A stretch of 64,000 nucleotides of DNA from Promethearchaeati archaeon SRVP18_Atabeyarchaeia-1 (GTDB lineage: Archaea > Asgardarchaeota > Atabeyarchaeia > Atabeyarchaeales > Atabeyarchaeaceae): positions 1,024,001 to 1,088,000 of the forward strand of contig CP147779.1 of NCBI GenBank assembly GCA_037308085.1. The letters run 5' to 3'. Below are positions 19,504 through 29,290 of this stretch, in pieces. The notes below the pieces were generated by a model. The model made no database searches, had not been told where the DNA came from, and saw nothing but the letters and a program-made list of their open reading frames with translations. Made by a program: the position numbers and the translations under genes. How positions within the stretch are numbered: position 1 is the first letter of the stretch; each line of letters starts with the position of its first letter.

Positions 19504-20187
19504 TCAGAGGAACATTCTCGAGGATTTAGCCGCAAGTTCGATGTGTTTGCGACCTTCGTTTATAACTGGATTCATGTGACCCGGGAAAAGGTGCTTCACT
19601 TCAAGACCTGAAAGCATTTCTATCGATTTTACCAAAGCATCTGGATCTCCGGTTGGGAAGTCGACCCTGCCAAAACTCCCATCGGCAAAAACCGTGTCAC
19701 CGGAAAAAAGCATACCTTTTTCCTCGTCGAAAAGGCAGATGCTTCCAGCAGTGTGACCTGGAGTATTTATGACCTTCAGCCTATTCTCGCCGATCTCTAG
19801 GGTCTCTCCATCCTTGAGTTTGACATCAACTTTCGTCGGGGGATAAGTCATGCCCATCAATGTAGAGAGGATTACTGATCCCCTGCCAGTCTCGATGTAG
19901 GGGGCCTCCAACTCGTAGACAAGCACCTGCGGAGATAGATCCTTCACGATTCTTGGTAGCCCGCCCGAGTGGTCAATATGTACATGGGTGAGAACAACTT
20001 TCCGGATAGCCTCTTTCCGGAGACCCAAAGACTCGACGTAGCGATAGATATCCGATACGGACAGCCCAGTTCCAGTATCAATCAAGGTGACGCTGTTCCT
20101 GTCTCTTAGAACATAGATATTTCCGTCAAACCCGCTCCCCTGAATCAAGTGCACATTTCCTAGCAACTGCATATAGCCAAGCCCCAA
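19504..20187 (-). CDS. MBL-fold metallo-hydrolase
   Basis: THVHIDHSGG, TPGHT, FSGD, PGH. Confidence 0.9.
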   Translation of the reverse strand: MGLGYMQLLGNVHLIQGSGFDGNIYVLRDRNSVTLIDTGTGLSVSDIYRYVESLGLRKEAIRKVVLTHVHIDHSGGLPRIVKDLSPQVLVYELEAPYIETGRGSVILSTLMGMTYPPTKVDVKLKDGETLEIGENRLKVINTPGHTAGSICLFDEEKGMLFSGDTVFADGSFGRVDFPTGDPDALVKSIEMLSGLEVKHLFPGHMNPVINEGRKHIELAAKSSRMFL

Positions 20188-20332
20188 ACCATCCTATTCT
20201 TGCGATTGTCTCAATAATAGCGGGAAATCTAGCTAGGAGCGAGAGGAGTTGACAGATATATTAATTTAGGTGGCGAACATAAAAAACTACAGAACACGTT
20301 ATCTAGATACTGTTGCCCGGAGTGAATTTGTG

Positions 20333-20665
20333 ATGCCGAAAAATGAACCCTTTGTTGAGGAAGTGGAGCGAAAGCTCGCCAAACTCAAAGACTCCGCTAA
20401 TGCGGAGGGCGTCTTCATTATCTCAAAGGAAGGTCTTCCTATTGTGAGCGTTGGTCCTCAGGGTGAAGAGGCCCTTGAAGTTATTGGGCCAATCTCATCC
20501 ACGCTTGTCCAAGTGCTAAATGAGAAGAGGAGGAAGCTGTTCTGCTACTTCTTGGGTGGCGGAGTTTTGCTGGCAGCTACGGCGGACGATAGGGGAAAAC
20601 TGAAGAAGATCGAGAAATGGGCTTCAAAGAATTCCAAGGAGATCTATGAGAAATTCCTGAAGTAG
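20333..20665 (+). CDS. Small roadblock/profilin-fold-like protein
   Basis: EGVFIISKEGLPIVS pattern. Confidence 0.5.
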   Translation: MPKNEPFVEEVERKLAKLKDSANAEGVFIISKEGLPIVSVGPQGEEALEVIGPISSTLVQVLNEKRRKLFCYFLGGGVLLAATADDRGKLKKIEKWASKNSKEIYEKFLK

Positions 20666-20709
20666 CGGAGTAACCTGAAGGAGCCGGTTGTCCTAGGGGA
20701 AGACGAAAA

Positions 20710-21099
20710 GTGAGTAATTCAAAAGGAATAGAGGACGTTATAGAAGCCCCACTTGAGACAATTCGCAATGCGGTGAAGGAAGTCTTGGGCGGGAACCCAA
20801 AGGAGCAGAAGCTGAAGGACGGCTCAACGGTCTTCACGAAAGACGTATCGGAATGCCCTCCCCAGATCAAGATCATACCGGCAGAGGACGGCAAGTTCCG
20901 CATAATATCAACATCCCTATGCAATGTCAAGGACTGCGACTACTGGCAGCGGTGCGCACAGCTTGACAGCAGCAACATGCAGGAACTGAAGGAAGCAGTT
21001 GCTAAGCTTCAAGGCAAAGTGCTTCCACGCGCAGAGAAGAAGTGGAGCATAGGCGAAGGCAAGAGCAGACACGTGGTCGATGACGCGCTGCATAGATGA
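20710..21099 (+). CDS. Hypothetical protein with Cys cluster
   Basis: EC...LCNVKDCDYWQRC. Confidence 0.6.
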   Translation: MSNSKGIEDVIEAPLETIRNAVKEVLGGNPKEQKLKDGSTVFTKDVSECPPQIKIIPAEDGKFRIISTSLCNVKDCDYWQRCAQLDSSNMQELKEAVAKLQGKVLPRAEKKWSIGEGKSRHVVDDALHR

Positions 21100-21258
21100 A
21101 CTCGCAGAACCGGCAAACAAGGACACAACCTCGTTCATGGAGTGATGTGAGTGGGTCTGATCTTCTAAACTACTTTTGCCGCAAGTAATGAAGAACGGAA
21201 CACCAATGTAAGCCGCTGGCCCGCTCGCGCAAGCTAGGTTCTGGTGAGTCTGAGAATT

Positions 21259-22230
21259 CTACTGGCGTGGCAATTTGAGAACCTGGTCGAAAGTTGCCTC
21301 ATATCTTTCCCGTACTTCCTTTGTAGTGAAGGTGTGATCCTGTGGTCCATCTCCTTCCACGACAAACGACCCGACGATCGCCCCGACTTTTGCCGAGTCT
21401 TCGAGAGAGAGCGAATTGAGCAGCCCCCACATCAAGCCAGCACGGTAACCATCTCCGGCTCCTGTTGGATCCCTGAAAACTTTCGGCTTTGCCACCGGTA
21501 TGTGTTTCGCGTAGCCCTCTCCAAGTATTGTTGACCCCTTCGCGCCCTCGGTGACAATTATGTTGGGCACCTTTTTCACGAGCTCTTCGACTGAAAGATT
21601 CAGCTTCCTCTTGACAAGTTCAATTTCATGGGTGTTGGCTATGAGCAACTTTGAGTTCGGAATTATCTTCATGAGCTGCTCCGGCGTGAATCCCGGGGTG
21701 ACTTGCCCAGGGTCGAATATGAATGGTATCTTCAACTTGCCGAGCTCGCGCGAGTAGTTGACGAATGCATCTACCGGATTGGGGGCTATTATAGCAATCT
21801 TGACCCTGTCGATAACATTTCCAACTGATTCTTTGATCGAGATCTTACCTGCGTGTTTGAGTGCTCCGGGGTGAAATACTGTGAGCTGGTTGTTTGCCGC
21901 GTCACTTACTATGTAGGCGGCGGCGGTGTGCTCCTCAGGGTGCCCAACGAGTTTCAGATCAACCCCAACTTTCCTCAAGTGCTCGTCATACTTCATTGCG
22001 ACAAAGTCGTCTCCAGTGGATGAGACAGCGATTGCCTTCACTCCCAGAAGGGCGAGGTTATATGATATGTTTCCGGCGGTTCCGCCGAATCTGACTCTCA
22101 GACTACTAACATTGAACGACCCAGTTAGGTTCTGATCAGCGTCAGGGAGTATGACGTCCTTGAACTTGCCATCAAACTTCATTATGTAGTCAAAAGCGAT
22201 GGAACCTAGGACAAGCGCTGTATTCTCCAA
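21259..22230 (-). CDS. PfkB-family kinase (adenosine/nucleoside kinase-like)
   Basis: GSIAFD, GGTAGN, DPGQ, DPTGAGDGYRAG. Confidence 0.92.
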   Translation of the reverse strand: MENTALVLGSIAFDYIMKFDGKFKDVILPDADQNLTGSFNVSSLRVRFGGTAGNISYNLALLGVKAIAVSSTGDDFVAMKYDEHLRKVGVDLKLVGHPEEHTAAAYIVSDAANNQLTVFHPGALKHAGKISIKESVGNVIDRVKIAIIAPNPVDAFVNYSRELGKLKIPFIFDPGQVTPGFTPEQLMKIIPNSKLLIANTHEIELVKRKLNLSVEELVKKVPNIIVTEGAKGSTILGEGYAKHIPVAKPKVFRDPTGAGDGYRAGLMWGLLNSLSLEDSAKVGAIVGSFVVEGDGPQDHTFTTKEVRERYEATFDQVLKLPRQ

Positions 22231-22286
22231 AAGCCATCACCTGCCTCAATCAATCACAAAAAAGCCAACTATGCACGATGTGCAGC

Positions 22287-22994
22287 TTACTCCTCTTCTG
22301 CCGCTTCTTTTCTCTCTACCTGCCTTATGACCGAAAACATCTCCGACAGCTTACCAATCTCGAACTTTGGTATGCAATCGGACGTAGATGGCTCTTCCGT
22401 CCGAGCCTCCCCTCTTCTTATTCTTACTGATACTACCTCGGCCTCATTGGCTGTTTTGATCTCCTTCTGCAGTCTTGCACCTACGAAGATAGTTTCTGCA
22501 GCTTCGACATTCATGGACTCAAATGCATCTTGGAAATTCTTGAGAACTAGCTTGTCGCCGTCATTTACAACGACGTAGTGGAATAGGTGCTGAAGGCCAA
22601 GCCTTACGAGCTTCTCCCACTCCTTCACGGGTCTACCGTAAGAGATCACGCCAATGCTGTATCTTCTGTCGCGGAGCGCAAGTAAGGTTGGAATAGTCTC
22701 GGGAAAAGGTTTCAGGAACGCGGACTTCGTGTCATGGTATGCGGTGATTGCTGCGGCTACGACCCTATCAGTCCTTTTTACTCCCAGTTTCTGAAGAGTA
22801 AGGTCGAAATGCCTATCAAAATCCTCCCCATGTTCAGATACAACGGACTTCAAGGCGTTGAAGGTACTCTCAAAGTCCAACGGGATCCCTGCTTCTAGCA
22901 TCGCCCTAACAGCGTTGATCCTTGCCATATAGACCTGCATTGAGGCGTCGTACAAGGTATCACCGAGTCCGAACAACACACATTTGATTTTCAA
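22287..22994 (-). CDS. HAD-superfamily protein with degenerate catalytic motifs
   Basis: Archaeal HAD layout, but FGLGDTL and GARLQKEI replace FDLDDTL and GDRLDKDI. Confidence 0.8.
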   Translation of the reverse strand: MKIKCVLFGLGDTLYDASMQVYMARINAVRAMLEAGIPLDFESTFNALKSVVSEHGEDFDRHFDLTLQKLGVKRTDRVVAAAITAYHDTKSAFLKPFPETIPTLLALRDRRYSIGVISYGRPVKEWEKLVRLGLQHLFHYVVVNDGDKLVLKNFQDAFESMNVEAAETIFVGARLQKEIKTANEAEVVSVRIRRGEARTEEPSTSDCIPKFEIGKLSEMFSVIRQVERKEAAEEE

Positions 22995-22996
22995 AT

Positions 22997-24109
22997 CTAG
23001 GATGTCACCACTTTCTTCAGTTTTACAGGTTTATCAGGATCAAGACCCTTGTTAACCGCAAGATGGAACGCGAGGAGTTGAATGGGCACGATGTAGGTTA
23101 TCGGAGTAAATATTTCTTCAATCTCTGCCCGACTCCTAATGCACTCGAATAGGTGTGCACCAAATCCTTCATCGCCCTCGGAGCATGTGACTCCAATCAA
23201 GCGGGCACCGAGCTTCTCGAAGTTCATAATGCTGGCGAGGGATTCCTCTTGGGTCCCTCCGCGGGACATAAACACAATGATCGGGGTCCCTTCGCTAATC
23301 AACTGCATCGGTCCATGTATGAACTCCCTTGTGGCAAACCCCTCCGCGAAAACCTCGGCGGCTTCCTTCAGCTTTAACGCCCCCTCCAGTGCCGTGGCAT
23401 AGTTTGGTCCGCTACCCAACATGAAGATAAACTTGCTTGACGCCAACTTATCAGCCAATCTAATAATTGGGGATTCAGAGAGAGTGAGCGCTTCTTCGAC
23501 ATAATGAGGAACTTCATTTATGGTTCTCTTCAACCGAGAAATGGACGCGTTGTCCAAAGCTTCATGCTTCTCGGTATAAGCAAGCGCGATTGTGAACATA
23601 GCTGCAAGCTCAGAAGTATAAGTCTTAGTAGCGGTTACAGCCTTCTCCTCGCCCGCATACGTATGCACAGTGGAATGCGCCAGCCTCGTGAGAGAACTCC
23701 CAGGAGTATTGGTTATCGCTACTACCGTTGAGCCATTTTCGCGCGCGGCAGTAGCCGCACTCAAGACATCCGCGCTCTCACCCGACTGAGACACAGCGAA
23801 AACCATAGACCTCTTGCCCGGCGAGCGCGGAACCCAGTACCTGAACTCAGATGAGGGAATAACTGACATGAACGTCTTCGTTATGGATGCCATTGCATAT
23901 TGACCGGCAAGACCGGCGTGATAGCTTGTGCCGCTTCCAGTAATATAGATCAAGTCGAAGTTCTTGAGGGGATAGAGCTCAACGAACTCCCTAGCTTCTG
24001 GAGCACTCTTTTGTAGAGTCCTCATGATTGCCTCCGGCTGCTCATGTATCTCTTTGAGCATGTCGTAAGAGTACTCCACTTTCCTACTCATGACTGAGGA
24101 CCCATCCAC
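22997..24109 (-). CDS. Double-SIS protein (GlmS isomerase-like / glucosamine-6-phosphate deaminase)
   Basis: MLKEIHEQP, GSGTSYHA, SQSGES, ATKTYT, EGALKLKE, LKKVVT; no glutaminase domain. Confidence 0.88.
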   Translation of the reverse strand: MDGSSVMSRKVEYSYDMLKEIHEQPEAIMRTLQKSAPEAREFVELYPLKNFDLIYITGSGTSYHAGLAGQYAMASITKTFMSVIPSSEFRYWVPRSPGKRSMVFAVSQSGESADVLSAATAARENGSTVVAITNTPGSSLTRLAHSTVHTYAGEEKAVTATKTYTSELAAMFTIALAYTEKHEALDNASISRLKRTINEVPHYVEEALTLSESPIIRLADKLASSKFIFMLGSGPNYATALEGALKLKEAAEVFAEGFATREFIHGPMQLISEGTPIIVFMSRGGTQEESLASIMNFEKLGARLIGVTCSEGDEGFGAHLFECIRSRAEIEEIFTPITYIVPIQLLAFHLAVNKGLDPDKPVKLKKVVTS

Positions 24110-24112
24110 TCT

Positions 24113-24534
24113 TCAGATAGCCAAACCAAATAAGCACTGATCGGGCAGTTCTAGGTTAGATAGAGGTGAAAGCACATCATCCAGCTTCCGTAGAGTAGAT
24201 CGACCGGGCGACATATTAACCATATGGGTGGTGTGTTGATCTTCGTAGGTTGGTGAGAGCCACTTTTTGGTTGATGCCTTCGATTCCTCTTCTATTCTCG
24301 CGCCGCGGCTCCACATCTTGAGTCGCCTCGGCTGAGTCAAGCCACCTGTAGTTCTTGGTTGCAGGGTGGGCGTGGCTCTCGGCGCTCTCCGCCGCACATG
24401 AATGCTTGACCTTTCAAGAAAGGCTCCACAATTGTTCGCCGGAGTTCCTCTTTCGCCAAGTTCAGTTCGAGGGCATCGCGGTCGAGTCTGCTTTTCTTCG
24501 TCACTCGAACGTGATAATATTGCATTTCAATCAT
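24113..24534 (-). pseudogene. Fragment resembling the N-terminus of TIR-like nucleotide-binding proteins
   Basis: YYHVRVTKKS..DALELNL.KEEL...VEPFLKG, then degenerates into short ORFs. Confidence 0.35.
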
Positions 24535-24768
24535 TTGCTACTATTAGCGCGCTGCACAAAAACCTATCGGGGATGTGTTCGCCAGAAACGATTTGATCTT
24601 CAAGCCTTTCGGAGGGTGTTGTCGGTTATTGTGCAAGCATGATGAAGATCACTGTTGAAGTCAGGTTTCCAAGAGACTTATCCAAGGTAAGTATATTAGT
24701 TGAGTTGATGGATATGGGGTCAGAGAGTACGCGGATCCGTTGGCCATGTAGGGAGTGGATTTGGGGCG

Positions 24769-25515
24769 ATGCAGAGAAGTAAGCCCTTCCCGAATTCCAG
24801 AGATGATCTTGCATCTAGCCCAGGGCAGCGCAGCGGACAGCGCTTCTTGGTTTTTGGTGCTCACCCTGATGACGAGGTCGTGGGTGTGGGTGGGACCATC
24901 GCTAAACTCGCTAAGACGGGGAATGAGGTATTCGTGGTCATCTTCACCAAGGGTGAGGAGGGCTATGCTGACAGAGAACTCAAAGACACGATTTCTGTGT
25001 TGCGCGAGAAGGAGATCGAGCGGGTCCGCGGGATTCTAGGAGTAAAGAAGTACGAGCTGATGGGGCGGCCAGATATGGGTCTCAAAAATGACAAGGAGAC
25101 ATTCAAGGAAACGATTCGGATGATCAGAAAATTCAGACCGGACGCTGTATTCACCCATCATAGAATTGACAGACACCGGGATCACAGGGCGGCGTCGAAG
25201 CTTGTGTCCGAGGCGTTTTGGCAGGCTGGGGAGGCCGTTGCAGTGGATCTTGGGAGCCCATGGAGGTCTAGGGCCCTTTACTATTTCGAGGAGGTTCATC
25301 CTTTCAGGTTTCCTTCGCACATAGTCGATATAAGTGAAACGTTTGATGCAAAGATCAGTGCCATGAAAACCTATACATCACAGCTTCCCGTCGTTCCCTT
25401 CATCCTTAGCGGAATAGAGGGGCAAGCAATTGCGAGGGGATCGGCCATCGGGGCGAAATACGGTGAAGCCTTCCTAAGATCCAACGCGACACCGAGAAGA
25501 GAACTCGAGTTCTGA
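24769..25515 (+). CDS. PIG-L/LmbE family N-acetyl deacetylase
   Basis: AHPDDE, HRDH, VDISE, AEAF-like motifs. Confidence 0.92.
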   Translation: MQRSKPFPNSRDDLASSPGQRSGQRFLVFGAHPDDEVVGVGGTIAKLAKTGNEVFVVIFTKGEEGYADRELKDTISVLREKEIERVRGILGVKKYELMGRPDMGLKNDKETFKETIRMIRKFRPDAVFTHHRIDRHRDHRAASKLVSEAFWQAGEAVAVDLGSPWRSRALYYFEEVHPFRFPSHIVDISETFDAKISAMKTYTSQLPVVPFILSGIEGQAIARGSAIGAKYGEAFLRSNATPRRELEF

Positions 25516-25597
25516 TCACTGCGGCTCATACACGGACTGAAGCGAATAAGGCGTAAGCATAACAGCCAGACATGGCACCTATAGGGGAGTAGCACCA

Positions 25598-26074
25598 ATG
25601 GAAAGCCCAAGGAACAGCCAGTTCGCTGAAGAATACAAGAAGTGGCAGAGAAGTAACATAGAGAATATCGTATCGATGCTTCGTTCAATAGGAAACCTCT
25701 ATGGGGAAGGCGTGTTCAAAGTGGCTTCAGCAGCCTATTCGTCCCTGATGCGCCAAAGGTGGAAGCAGATCGCAGAAGTGACCAATGATAGAAGCATTGA
25801 AGGACTCTTTCGGAAACTCTGGGACGAGTCCAGAGACTTGATATCATTCGAAGTCTCCAACAGGAGTCCTGATTCAATCTCATTGAATGTCAAATCCTGT
25901 TTCTGGGCCAATGAGTTCAAGAGGCTTCATGCCGTCGACATCGGCTACGAGCTGTGCTGCATGACTGACTTCTACATAGTTGAAGTCTTCAACTCAGAGA
26001 TAACTTACAGGCGGACTAAGACATTGATGAAGGGCGACGACCATTGCGATCATCAATACTCGATGTACGGGTAG
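25598..26074 (+). CDS. ATC-hydrolase-like (V4R-related) protein
   Basis: SCFWA, LCCMTD, RTKTLMKGDDHCD. Confidence 0.8.
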   Translation: MESPRNSQFAEEYKKWQRSNIENIVSMLRSIGNLYGEGVFKVASAAYSSLMRQRWKQIAEVTNDRSIEGLFRKLWDESRDLISFEVSNRSPDSISLNVKSCFWANEFKRLHAVDIGYELCCMTDFYIVEVFNSEITYRRTKTLMKGDDHCDHQYSMYG

Positions 26075-26218
26075 ATCTACCCGCTGTGGGCAGACTATAC
26101 CTGTATCCGCAGATAGTTGCCAGGGTCTGTTTCCTATTCAATCTTCATCATGAGAATGAGACATGATATTTAGACGAGTTGTTGGCCGATCAGCGTGTCG
26201 TAGGAGGTCTCTGTCTGT

Positions 26219-27193
26219 ATGCAGGAGCTGAGATGGAATCCGATACTTAAGGAATGGATAATTGTTGCGTCGGGCAGAAAGGATAGACCAATCGAAGACC
26301 TGGGCGAGATGAAGTGTCCATTCTGTTCAGGTTCAAGGGAGGTCGATGGCAAATGGGAAGCTCTCAGCCTGCAAAACAAATTTCCTTCGCTTGTAATGGA
26401 TCCCCCTAAGACATCCTCTAAGTCGCACTGGCTTTACAAAGTGGAGCCGGCGTACGGAGCATGCGAAGTCATTTTGGAGACCAAGGATCACACAGGCGAT
26501 CTGGGCGATCTCCCCGTTGAGAGAATAAAGCAGGTAGTCGATCTTTTCGCTGAGAGGTTTACCGCCCTAGGTTCCAAAGACGGAATAAGATACGTCTTCG
26601 AGTTCAGAAACAAAGGGAAGGAGATAGGGGTCAGTCTTCATCACCCTCACTCCCAACTCTATGCATTACCATTCATACCACCAATAATAGAGAAAGAGCT
26701 GGAAACCAGCAAAGAGTACATGGAGGAGAAAGGCGAATGCCTATTCTGTAGGGTCGTAAGAGAGGAGAGGACCGATGGAAGTCGAGTAATATGCGAAAAC
26801 GAGCACGCCATATGTTTCCTGCCCTTCTACGCCAAGTGGCCATACGAGACACATGTCTATCCAAAGCGGCATGTACAGTGCCTTCCTGACATGACAGACA
26901 GTGAGAGACTAGGTTTCGCTGCTGTTCTGAAACAGATTATCACTACGTACAACAATCTCTTTGGCTTCCCGCTCCCCTACATCATGGTCATCCACCAGAG
27001 ACCGACCGACAAGGAGTATAAGCACTATCACATGCACGTGGAATTCTACCCACCAAATAGGAGTAAAGACAAACTCAAGTTTACGGCTGGTATCGAAAGA
27101 GGCGCCGGGACATACACGATGGACTATGAACCGGAGCAGAAAGCCTCAGAACTTAGGGCGGTCTACAGACGGATCTTCGATTCAAACCACTAG
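26219..27193 (+). CDS. galT: Galactose-1-phosphate uridylyltransferase
   Basis: ELRWNP, CPFC, NKFP, HPHSQ active site. Confidence 0.93.
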   Translation: MQELRWNPILKEWIIVASGRKDRPIEDLGEMKCPFCSGSREVDGKWEALSLQNKFPSLVMDPPKTSSKSHWLYKVEPAYGACEVILETKDHTGDLGDLPVERIKQVVDLFAERFTALGSKDGIRYVFEFRNKGKEIGVSLHHPHSQLYALPFIPPIIEKELETSKEYMEEKGECLFCRVVREERTDGSRVICENEHAICFLPFYAKWPYETHVYPKRHVQCLPDMTDSERLGFAAVLKQIITTYNNLFGFPLPYIMVIHQRPTDKEYKHYHMHVEFYPPNRSKDKLKFTAGIERGAGTYTMDYEPEQKASELRAVYRRIFDSNH

Positions 27194-27245
27194 TGGCGTG
27201 TAGGGTAGATGATCTGGGCTAGTTGCTAGTCCAGTAGCGCGGATT

Positions 27246-27875
27246 CTAAAACCACAGTGCAGGAGCAGCTGGATAGAACAAGAGGTAAACGATAAACGTG
27301 ACAAGCACTGCTGCAACGGCTCCGCCGACGACCTGCGAGAGACTGTGCGCCTTAAGTCTCAGCCTAGCCCACGCGACGGGCAGAAGCAACAAGTACAGCA
27401 GCGCGGCGATCCATCCGAAGACGTAGGTAAGGCCCGTAACTGGTCCAGCAATACCGGTTGTATGGACACTGATCTTCCAAAAGAAGCTCACTAAAGCCAC
27501 CGAAGACGTGACGCAGACATAAGCGATTGAAAGAACCATGAGTGACAGCGATTGTAGGAAGAAGAAGAACACCACTCCAAGCGAGTACCCCAAGATAGCC
27601 ATCCCAAAAAGCTTTGGCCGCATACTTCTGTCTGAGACGTCTATGTCTACGACGCCCTTCGATGCATAATAGAGAACGGGCGCAATCGGGAGAACGCTCA
27701 GGAATAGTGTACCAAGAAGCACACTCGGCAATACTAGTAGAATGGGTCCCAAACCTATTGGCGACATGGCGGAGAAGACCACAACCGCCAAGAAAGCCAG
27801 AACTGGCGCCGACAAAGCAAGAGAAATCCTCTTTGCAAGCTTCTCGTAAGATTCGCCCATGGGTCCTTGGATCAT
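27246..27875 (-). CDS. PAP2-like membrane protein
   Basis: WKISVH and WAR.RLKAH..SQV motifs; multi-pass. Confidence 0.75.
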   Translation of the reverse strand: MIQGPMGESYEKLAKRISLALSAPVLAFLAVVVFSAMSPIGLGPILLVLPSVLLGTLFLSVLPIAPVLYYASKGVVDIDVSDRSMRPKLFGMAILGYSLGVVFFFFLQSLSLMVLSIAYVCVTSSVALVSFFWKISVHTTGIAGPVTGLTYVFGWIAALLYLLLLPVAWARLRLKAHSLSQVVGGAVAAVLVTFIVYLLFYPAAPALWF

Positions 27876-28066
27876 CTTCCCTAGGTTATTCGCATAGACC
27901 AGGCCGCGAGTAATGCAAATTGTCTAAATCCTTTCTGCCTAATAAAAGATACTTACCCAAGAAGACGGTGAAGATATCAAAAATCAATTATATAGGTACT
28001 CGCATCTCAAGAAAGATCGGGAGAATTGGATTACGAATCTTCGACGCCTAGAGAGGTGTCCAGCTC

Positions 28067-28525
28067 TTGCGGAGCCGCAAGTTATCAGGGACGAGGATAG
28101 TAATAAGACCACTCAGAATCAGCGACTACCAAAACATGATAGAATGTTGGAACAAGTCAGAGTTGCCTATCAAGATCAAGGGACGGGAAAGCAAGGCGTC
28201 AATGGAAAAGGAGATGCAGAACGAAGGGGCGCTATTCATCGGCGCATTTGACGGAGAGGAACTCGTGGGCCTGGTTATCGCGAACTTTGACGGCCGCAGA
28301 GGCTGGATCAACCGTCTTGCAGTCCTTCCAAAGCACAGAAAGCACGGCTTCGCAACGGAACTAATCACAGAAGCAGAGGCATTTCTGAGGGGCAAAGGAG
28401 CCACAGTAATATCTGCGCTGGTATCCCGACCAAATACCCCTTCAAGAAGACTGTTCGAGAAGAACGGCTACAAGAATGAAGAGGACATCCTCTATTACGC
28501 CAAAAGAGAGAGTCCCGAAGCATAA
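28067..28525 (+). CDS. GNAT acetyltransferase
   Basis: GWINRLAVLPKHRKHGFA, N..S..LFEKNGY. Confidence 0.9.
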   Translation: MRSRKLSGTRIVIRPLRISDYQNMIECWNKSELPIKIKGRESKASMEKEMQNEGALFIGAFDGEELVGLVIANFDGRRGWINRLAVLPKHRKHGFATELITEAEAFLRGKGATVISALVSRPNTPSRRLFEKNGYKNEEDILYYAKRESPEA

Positions 28526-28570
28526 GAGAGAAGCGCACAGAAAATCAATCTCGATAACTGAAACAGGCCG

Positions 28571-29245
28571 TTGATAAACATGTCGTCAAAGGTCGCAAGC
28601 GAGATCAAGATAGTGGCATTTGATTTCGACGGAGTGCTATTCGATGGCGAAAGCGCCGCAGCTGAAATAGGAGAAAAGTTTGGCCTAGGGAAGCAGATTC
28701 GTCAAGCACTATTCGAGCTTCTAACATGGAGCATAACCCTTCGAGAGGCAATACTGAAGTGCGGTGCTTATTGGAGAGGCATTAAGGTTGACGAAGTTGC
28801 CAAAGTAACGGGGAATCTGCACCTTCGGTTAGGCGCAGCAGAAACTGTCAAGGAGCTCAAAGCACGCTCCTACAAGCTCGCACTCATCTCCAGTGGTCTG
28901 AGCCAAGTTTCCCATGATATCATCAAGAGGAATCTTGGATTAGACTACGCGTTTGGGAACGAAGCGGAAATAGAGAATGGAGTATTCACTGGCAGGCTAG
29001 TAGGTCCCCCTGTGGACGCCAACCGCAAAGCCGAGATACTAAAGTCAATTGCCAAATCTGAGGGCGTAACGACGAAGAGCTGCGCCGTCATCGGGAATGA
29101 CCCGAATGACATTCCCATGATGCTTCTAGGAGGGCTAACAATAGGCATCAACCCTCACCCAGCTGTAGCGAGAATATCAAAAATAGTCTTGCAGAAGACA
29201 AATGATCTCAGAGAGATACTCCTCTACTTTACGCGTCCACTGTAA
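28571..29245 (+). CDS. Phosphoserine phosphatase-like HAD hydrolase
   Basis: AFDFDGVL, ISSG, K, GNDPND. Confidence 0.82.
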   Translation: MINMSSKVASEIKIVAFDFDGVLFDGESAAAEIGEKFGLGKQIRQALFELLTWSITLREAILKCGAYWRGIKVDEVAKVTGNLHLRLGAAETVKELKARSYKLALISSGLSQVSHDIIKRNLGLDYAFGNEAEIENGVFTGRLVGPPVDANRKAEILKSIAKSEGVTTKSCAVIGNDPNDIPMMLLGGLTIGINPHPAVARISKIVLQKTNDLREILLYFTRPL

Positions 29246-29290
29246 GATAAACGCCAGTCTCCGAATAGCTGACATCCGGGGAAGCAGGTC

